The position numbers and the translations under genes are program-made. Of a stretch of DNA of 64,000 bases, positions 56,840 to 64,000 are shown piece after piece (the first letter of the stretch is position 1; the number at the start of each line of letters is the position of its first letter). The notes beneath the pieces are model-generated. The model had not been told where the DNA came from. It made no database searches and saw only the letters and a list, made by a program, of their open reading frames with translations. Source of the stretch: Raillietiella orientalis (Eukaryota); the NCBI GenBank assembly GCA_036172245.1, contig JAYWIR010000019.1:558001-622000 (forward strand), read 5' to 3'.

Positions 56840-57683
56840 TCCTGGTCTCTGGTCAAGCTCGTCGTTGGAGAAGGGAATGTGTAGGTCTGCAATGCTTCGA
56901 TATTGAGGTCATCGGCGGAGGTGGGGGCGTCCGCGTGTCCGGGCGCCTCACGCTCCGAGGGTGCAGCCTTCTCCACGTACCGGCTGCACGGCTCCCTTCC
57001 TCTGTGGTGGCACACGCGCGCGACTCACTCGCCTGTCGGGTGCGTCCATCCGAGCGCGCGCGCGTGGTCAGCGCGCGCGCAAGGGATAAGGGAAGACGAG
57101 GGAAGGATTAGGGAAAGAGGAGGAAGAGGGTTAGCGCGGGGAGAGGTAGCAGGAGGTGGACGAGTTTTCCGCGGACTCTCTGGGCCCAGTTTCTCGACTC
57201 GGAAGAAACCGCGGTCGGCTCTCGCCGACGGGGAGCGAGAAGGGAGGAGGCGCTTGGTTGGCAGGAATTTCGGGGACTGCCTAGGCTTCGATCCCTTCAT
57301 CCAGCGAGGGAGGAATGCGCGGGGACTCCTGGCGCAGAGCCTCAAGGTCCTGCGCAGAACGCACTCCCCGTCCTTTTCCACTTCCTCCTCTTTCCTCTTC
57401 TCTTAGTTTCCGCAGAGGAGATTCCTGCCGAGTGAGCGCGCGCCGCTCCTTCCATCCAGGAACATCCGGAGGATCGGAAAGCCTCTTTCGAGGTTTTCCC
57501 TTTTCCTTTCTCCCGGCATTTTCTCTGCAGGAGAAAGGAAAGAGCAATGAGAGAGAGGCCTGCCTACCCGCAAGGGACAGTTCCCGGCGAGCCCTTCCAC
57601 GCAGACGCCTCCACCTCGGGAGGCCGCGGCACGGTGCCTAGGTGAACCCATCATCCGACGGTGACTGGCACGCAGGGAAAGCT

Positions 57684-57785
57684 CGCTATAAATAGACCCC
57701 TGGCAACAGTGGGTAGGTCGCGTCCGGAGGCAATCGGCGGCACTCCGCCAACGCGCGCTATAAATAGACCCTTGGCAACAATGGG
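57684..57785 (+). repeat. Two 30-bp direct repeats (cgctataaatagacccYtggcaacaRtggg), period 72
   Basis: 57684-57713 and 57756-57785, 28/30 identical. Confidence 0.9.
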
Positions 57786-58239
57786 AAGTCCTTTCAGATG
57801 GGTGAACTCCTTCGCGCCCCACTCGACCGACGGGGGAAACTGGACACGAAGAGGAGGAAAAGAAAGGAAAGAGGAAGGGGCAATGGAAAGGAAGGGAGGG
57901 GGAGAGCAGAGAAGCGGAACGTCCTCCCGTTCCCTACTCTTCCTGACTTCCCTACTCACAGAGAAGCCGATCGAGGGGGGTGGAGGCCGCTTGCTACTGC
58001 CTCACCCGTCGCTCGGGACCTCCTACGGAGTGCGCGCGCAAGCGCTCGCCGATCGGATCGATGCCGACTCATCCCCGCTGGAGATTGCAGGGGAGCGGGA
58101 GGTAAGGTCCACAGTGCCCCACCCCCTCCACATGCACCACCTATCTTCCCCTCCTCTCCCATCGACCTCCCCGCAATCCAGGCGGTCCTTTCTTTTCGTT
58201 CTTCTCTCGCCTTTTCTTCCTCCTTCCAGTCCCCGCCCA

Positions 58240-59399
58240 CCTCAAGATTAGAGGATGTGGTCTTCTCCTCGGACGCATGGCTACACTGTCCAAGGAGAAC
58301 GGCTGCATGGTATGCAACCCCGCCAACTCCACCGCATGGCTGGAGGAGATAGTTGGCACATGGGGGAAGATCAACGAGCCTAGAAGCGAGAGATGGAACT
58401 GCCAGCGTAACAGCAACTATGCCCGCTGCTCTCTGCGGGCCATACTGGAGTGTACTGCTAGGAGCACGTGGACAGAGACGACCTCTCTAGCTACGGCGCT
58501 GCCCTTCCTGAGGAGGGCGCTTCTCAGCAGCCGGACACCGAAGTGGCAAGTCTCCTGCCGTATCGCAGGCAGAGAGAAGCTGATGAGCCTATGGGAGAGC
58601 TGGCGGATGCCACGACCCCGAGTGTCCTTCCGCGTGGTATAATGAGAAGGGACGAGCTGCTCAGCATCCCGAGGGATGACCTGAAGTGGCACCAGTGTTA
58701 AGTGAATCCAGGATTTCCCTTCTAAAGTGGCAGGAGTCGGCGCTTCTGCTGTTGCATTGGAGTCTACCCTGCGACGCACGCCGCTTCCACTGGACGCGGG
58801 AGAGAGTAAATCCTGAGTGTGCCAGGTGCGGGGAATGGGACTCTCTCCCCCAATGATTGTTAACTGTGCTGCCCTCCGATCCTTTTAGGAACGTTTCGGG
58901 ACGACCCTTGAGATCCCGGTGGGCAGCTCTCCCTCCCAGAGACGTTTTTCGGCTTCTCTTCAAGCGGGACGCCCTGCAGCCAGCCGCAGACCTGGAAGCA
59001 CTTTGCTGCACCCGTGGTAGTGTGGCGGCCTGGAGTGAAGTCGACGATGAAGATAAGAACGAGAGGGACATTATCCCGTATGCTGTTCGCCTCCTGCTGA
59101 AAGCAACTGGATGGCTCCAGCTGGAACGAATGAAGAAGGACCTCGAGGGCATCCTGCAAAGGATGGACCCTCATCCAGTGGGCAGTGATCCCTTCCTGGC
59201 CCTCCAAAGTCTTTTTTTTTTCTTTGTGTTTTATTTTTCTTTTTGTTTTTTTTCCCGCATCCCCTTCCACTGCCAAGAAGAGTCAAGCCGGTCTGCGTCC
59301 CGGCGTCCCGGCAGGTCCAGCGTTGTGTTGGCCGTAGTAAAGCCTTATATCACGTTGTATAGAGAATTTTAATAAATGCCCCGGCGTTCCCGGGTGGTA
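58240..59399 (+). mobile_element. 5'-truncated L1/Tx1-like LINE copy A (ORF2 C-terminus and 3' UTR), decayed
   Basis: Peptides ATLSKENGC..PANSTAWLEEIV, LLLHWSLPCDARR..VNPECARCGEWDSLP and LLFKRDAL..CCTRGSVAAWS align with the minus-strand copy at 59808-61550. Ends in a T-rich UTR and aataaatgccccggcgttcccgggt. Confidence 0.8.
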
Positions 59400-60229
59400 A
59401 CCCCGTCTGCATCCAGTCCGATCGCTGTCCCCGCGCTGCGGGCTGTTCTGGAGACGTTGCCATCTCCCAGTGCGCCCCCTTCCGAGGTCCTCGCCTTACT
59501 GAAAGACGGGAGGAAGAGGAAGAAGGAAGGATGCACGCGTGCGTGAAGAGGAGCGATCAATCTCCACGACCTCCACTAGACAAGGCTAGTCCTGTGAGGC
59601 TGCCGATGACCCGCGGCATGCGTCCCTCGCCGTCTCGGCTTTAGCCACTCGAGGTCGCCTCTTTCCAGGGTATGACAAGCCCTTGAAGGCAGCTTCCGAA
59701 GAAGCAGGGAGCGCACCTTTGCCCGAGATGTTCAGCCAGGCGAAGACCGGGTCTTCGTTGCGGTCACCCAGGGCGCGCGCGCGTCCCACGCTCCTCCGTA
59801 GGGAGGATCAGAGAGATCCCTCCTGCGGCTCCGATCCGCGGAGCCCGGGCTCTTCTCTGGAATGCTCGCCAGGGAGGCACCGGGACACCTCCTTCTCTCG
59901 TTGGCGATGATGGGACCATCTTGACGCTATCCTTATGAAGAGGACAGCAAAATAGATGGCATCTCTATCGTTCTGGACTCTGGCGTTGCTCCATGCAGCC
60001 ACGGTCCCGCCGCATGGGCAGCAAAGTGCTACTGGGGATGTTGCCGACGTGAGGGCGTCGCGCAGGAAGAGGAGCTTTAAAACTTCTCTGGCGTTGCCAC
60101 CGGGGATTCCAAGGGTCGCGGCGAAGCGTCCCCAAAGGGACCGGAGGGCAACACACTCCACTAGAAGGTGCGGGAGTGATTCCCTCTCCTTGTATCTTGC
60201 ACAGTTTGGGTTCACACACACGTGTGTCC

Positions 60230-60859
60230 GTGGGGAGTTCCCCCTCCTGTCGTGCAGCGGAGGGCGGACCCCCCTAACCGGGGACCCCTCCGGTTTCAAG
60301 ATGGAGCAGGAGTCCTCACGGGCACCTCTCCAGTTGTTCAAAGAAGCGGACCCCCCTTTGCGGGGGTCCCTCCGAGTCGTCGCCTCTTCACATAGTGCAA
60401 GGAAGCAAGCGAGAGCGATTTCCTGCGGGAAGCTGCAGCGCCCTTTCTGAGTTTCGGAAGCGTCCCTTAGGGGTTCTCTTCATAGGAGTGAATAGGAGCT
60501 GTTCCCTTGCGGGTTCCCTCCGGAGAAGATGAAATGGAGAGGACCACCCCCCTCCCAGGGGGTGTCCCTCCGGAGAGTATGAGGAAGGAGATTCCCTTCG
60601 GGGTTCCCCTTCGGAGACAACCAGGGTGGAAGGTGCGATCCCCCCCTGATGGAGGGGATCCCTTCCCAAGCGTGAGAGGAACGGACTCCGAGCCCTTCCT
60701 GGATTCATAGGGCGGACTCCCATCCCGAGGTGCCCCCTATCCTGAAGAATTACACGCCCTCCTGCGGATTGCCGCAGGCGGAGAGACGTGGAAACAAAAC
60801 AGTGTGCTTAAAAGAGCCACGTGCGCCTCGAGGCACGCGACCGGCTCTGAGGTACTTAG
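60230..60859 (-). mobile_element. 630-bp non-coding hairpin-array insertion nested in LINE B
   Basis: Flanked by a 13-bp imperfect TSD (60217-60229 cacacgtgtgtcc / 60860-60872 cacacccgtgtcc). Removing it restores W-T-R-V-C-V-N-P-N-C, collinear with WTRERVNPEC in copy A. Confidence 0.8.
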
Positions 60860-62194
60860 CACACCCGTGTCCACAGATGTCAGCGGGCGTTGCAGGGGAG
60901 GCCCCAGTGCAGCAGCATGAAAGCCAACTCCTGTCACTTTAAGGGGAGGATTCGGTAGTTCCCGAGCACTAGGGGACACTACAGGTCTTCCTCTAGAATA
61001 CCCAGAAGCGTGCCCCAGCGCAAAAGTCCATGAGGTCGAGCACTGGGGTCGCAGCGTCGATGAGCTGGCCCGTCGTGCACTCGTCCAGTCCATTTCTCCT
61101 TCCGGAAATTTCCACAGTAACTTCCTATCTGGCCGAAAGGCTGCTGTCCAGATGCTCCCTAAGGGAGGGCAGCGCAGCGGTGAGGGAGGTTCTGTTTGCC
61201 CATGGACTCTTCGCGGGATCTTCCAGGATCTCCCGGAGCGTGCAGTTGTTGTTGCGCGCGTACAGGGAACGTCGCCCCTGTTACGCGCTTGGCTCCTGGA
61301 TCGTCGCCCACGTGAGAACGGTTTCCTTCAACCAGGCACTTCCGTTCGCGGGGTGGCGCGAGATCCATCCGTTTTTCCTCGGCAGCGTGGCCACCTGCCG
61401 CAGGTGCAGTCCTCCGTGGATGAGGCTTCATGGACGGCGCTCAAGGAAGGACGTGAGTCCCATGCTGCAGGTGGCTTGCTGGACGAGATGTGCAGATTGG
61501 CACCAAGTGGTGCTAATCTGGTGCCACGAGGGCAAGGGTTCGAAACTGTAGCTGTAGCAATATTTGCTCCAGCGTCAGAAGGCCTAGGCCTCCGTCCTTT
61601 AAGGCGACTCAGGGTCTCGCTTTGCCCCAGAGGGCGATTCAGAGGAGGTGCTTTGTTCGCTTCCTAATGATACATGGCGGTGAGCAAACAAAAAGCAAGA
61701 AGCGGAGGAGGGGGGGGTTCACAAACGTGTTCCACACCACGGCCCGCTCCGCAGGGAGAACCTGCCTCGTTGGAACGGGCCGAGCGCTTACAGTGCTTTC
61801 TGAAGACGCGGACCAAGCCTCTGAGGGGCAAAAGTCCCCCAACGGAACGCCCAGGTACTTTAAGTATCGGCCCGTGGGGATCCCCAGGCGAATCTAGTGC
61901 GGCCGTCTTGCCCACGACACGCCAACGGGAACCACGGACGACTTTACCTTGTTCACCACCAGGTCCGTTCCATGACTGAGCAGCTCGAAGAAACCGACCG
62001 TCAAGTGTACATGGTGACCAGCAACAGCAGAAGATCGTCCGCGCATGCTGAGGTGGCAGGCTTGCCGGGACATACGCGCGGGTGGAGAGCCAGAGTCTCC
62101 CTGTATGCCCTCAGCACCAATTCGAAATAGGTGCTAAAGAGCAGGGGGTTCAGGCTGTCGCCCTGCAGTATGCCGCGTTGCACTGGCACGCCGT

Positions 62195-62407
62195 TCAAAC
62201 CCGGATGTTCCGGGGCATTTATTTCAAGGAAATAAGATTACATTAAAGTGTCGCGTGGCGAACCCGAAGGTTCACCACTCCAAAACAGCTTGCTGGTTGC
62301 CGGCTCTATGCCGGAGAGGTCCTTTTGATGCGCGGGGATGGGAAATAAAAAACAAAAAGAAACAAAAAGTTCAAATGTGTGGGGGGAAACAAACATTTGT
62401 TTCCCCC
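62195..62407 (-). mobile_element. 5'-truncated LINE 3'-UTR copy nested in the RT of LINE B, 14-bp TSD
   Basis: Exact cactggcacgccgt at 62181-62194 and 62408-62421. The insert is homologous to 40610-40876 and ends (minus strand) aataaatgccccggaacatccgggt. Confidence 0.9.
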
Positions 62408-63489
62408 CACTGGCACGCCGTACATCGTCTGTCCGCTGAAAAAGATATTGATCAGCGCGTCGCTCCAGCAGGAGCGCAGGTAGGCCATCACAGAGGTCGG
62501 GAACAGCATACGACTGCTCCGGGCTAATGAAGCTTTCTGTTATCCTCCCCAGCCGTTCGGCTCACAGTTTCTGTAGCAACTTGGTGTCCGCGTTTACGAC
62601 GGTAATCGGCCTCCAGTTACTTATGCTCCGTAGGTCTCCTCCTTTGGGAAGGAGCCGTACCCTTGCCGAAACGAGGCGGGAACGTCGCCTGTTTCGCGTA
62701 TCAGCAGGGTCAATTGTTGTATCAGGGAGGTCAGTCCCGCCGCGAAGCACTGGAAAAACTCCGCAGGCAGGCCGTCCTCCCCAGGAGTCTTGCGCCTCTT
62801 GAGCTATCCGATGGCGGTGATGATCTCGCCATCGTGAAAGGCTCGTCGAGGCTTCTCCTGCGCTCTCCCCGATAGCTGGAGCATCTTCCGGTCTCAGGAA
62901 TCTTGCGAAATCCCAGTCGGGAGGTGCTCTCGCGTACAGGGAGGGGAAGAACTTACGTATGATGCCTCTTACCTGAACGGGAGCCGAGTGTTCCCGGCCC
63001 TCGTCGTCCAGCAAGCTGGTCGACCCGGATTGCCAGGCTTGCCTCTCGGCTCCCGCTTTGAATTCTGCCAGCTTCCGGATATTGGGTGTTCCGCCGTAGC
63101 GACGGGCGCATAGGTACGCCCGCTCGTTACCAACACCGTCTCCGAAGCCTGCAGGTTGGCGATGCAGGGTAAATTGCTCGCAGAACTCTTGGAACGAGCG
63201 CTTGAAGCGGTCTGCAAAGTGAAACCCTGTAGGAACTCGCGGAAGTGTTCCGTGGCTCGTGGGAGGTTCACCCAGTCCCCTGGGAGACGCCACGCATCCG
63301 AGGGGGGAATCGGGAGCGCAGATGGATCTCGAGTACGATGGGGGAATGGTCCGACAGCTCCAGCTCCATCTTGCCTCGTCTGCCCACACGTGAGCAGAGG
63401 TGCTGGTAGAGGAAGACATGGTCGATGCTGGTCTCCATACCCGGCAGGGAGGATGCGGCACTGGTGAAGAATGGATGCTCCCTGTTGAT

Positions 63490-63960
63490 TGGCCAGGATT
63501 GGACGTCGACCTTCGGGGTTCCTCTCCGGTTGTGGGCATGGAGCTGTCCTTTCCTCTCCTCCCCGGGAGGATCCTCCATCGCGTACCATGGAGCTGGTCG
63601 ATACCCCCCTCGGGAGTTGCCTGTTAAGAGTGTAAAAATTGCGTCCCTTCGGGGTTCGTCTTCAGAGAAGTAAATAAGGAGCGGCTCCCTTACGGGTTCC
63701 CTCTGGAGAAGAAGTAAGATGTCCCCTCCGGGGAGAACAAGGAAGAGGTTCCCTTCGGGGTTCCCTCTCAAGAGTAAGGGAGGAACGGACTCCTTCACCC
63801 GGAACCTTCCCGGATTCATGGGGTGGTCATCACGCGGGGTACTCCTAACTTGAAGAGCTTCGCGTCCCGCCCCCCTTAGGAAGGCGAACGGTTCTTCAGC
63901 ACCGTTTGCAAACCAAAAAAAAAGAGGAAATCCGAGAAAAAAAAAAAAAACTGAAAGGGA
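63490..63960 (-). mobile_element. Copy of the hairpin-array repeat abutting or inserted in the EN domain of LINE B
   Basis: Homologous to 60230-60780 over several hundred bp (e.g. gcgtcccttcggggttc.., gaggaacggactcc..cttccYggattcat). Preceded in sense orientation by a T-rich tract; may continue beyond the window. Confidence 0.75.
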
Positions 63961-64000
63961 AACAGCGAAACAGAAGAATCCCGAAGGAACCCTATCATCC

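Larger units (their letters stand above)
59808..63490 (-). mobile_element. Decayed L1/Tx1-clade non-LTR retrotransposon copy B (APE endonuclease - RT - CCHC)
   Basis: EN end (SIDHVF..LSDHSPIVL), KTPGEDGLPAEFF, LLPKGGDLRSISNWRPITVVNADTKLL, RGILQGDSLNPLLF, CADDL, KYLGVP, DGGLGL, zinc finger CVNPNC..ESLPHLLVEC. Frameshifts, stops, an internal RT deletion and nested insertions. Confidence 0.92.

Noticed and set aside
57025..57381. Extra upstream coding exons for stardust (57029-57381 and 56952-56983)
   Set aside because: Can be joined in phase, but the peptide is low-complexity with no homology support or clear ATG; may be 5' UTR.

Overview
Eukaryotic animal genomic DNA, most likely an arthropod (insect beta1-like tubulin with Y167/Y200, Stardust-type MAGUK with N-terminal PDZ-like region, TCAGTT initiator), with spliceosomal introns as short as 40 nt. 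Five multi-exon genes can be assembled by hand with GT-AG, in-phase junctions: proteasome beta5 (PSMB5, +, 5473-6754); Tonsoku-like (TONSL, +, 19 exons, 10808-22517); a strongly divergent but intact beta-tubulin (-, 5 exons, 30781-22569); a canonical beta-tubulin (+, 2 exons, 31661-33286) head-to-head with it; and stardust/PALS1/MPP5 (-, about 13 exons, 56839-42919). The window splits into an AT-rich, CpG-poor domain (about 2-20 kb) and a GC/CpG-rich domain (about 23-64 kb), where most listed ORFs are non-coding shadows. The right end holds a cluster of decayed L1/Tx1-like LINEs with nested insertions bounded by target-site duplications. Most notable: (i) the divergent beta-tubulin (about 67% identity to its neighbour, remodelled M-loop, Trp-terminated tail); (ii) a dispersed ~630-bp non-coding insertion built of tandem GNRA/cGAAg-capped hairpins; (iii) a LINE family ending in AATAAA plus a conserved hairpin rather than a poly(A) tail. 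Identities and alignments were done by eye; no database searches were run.
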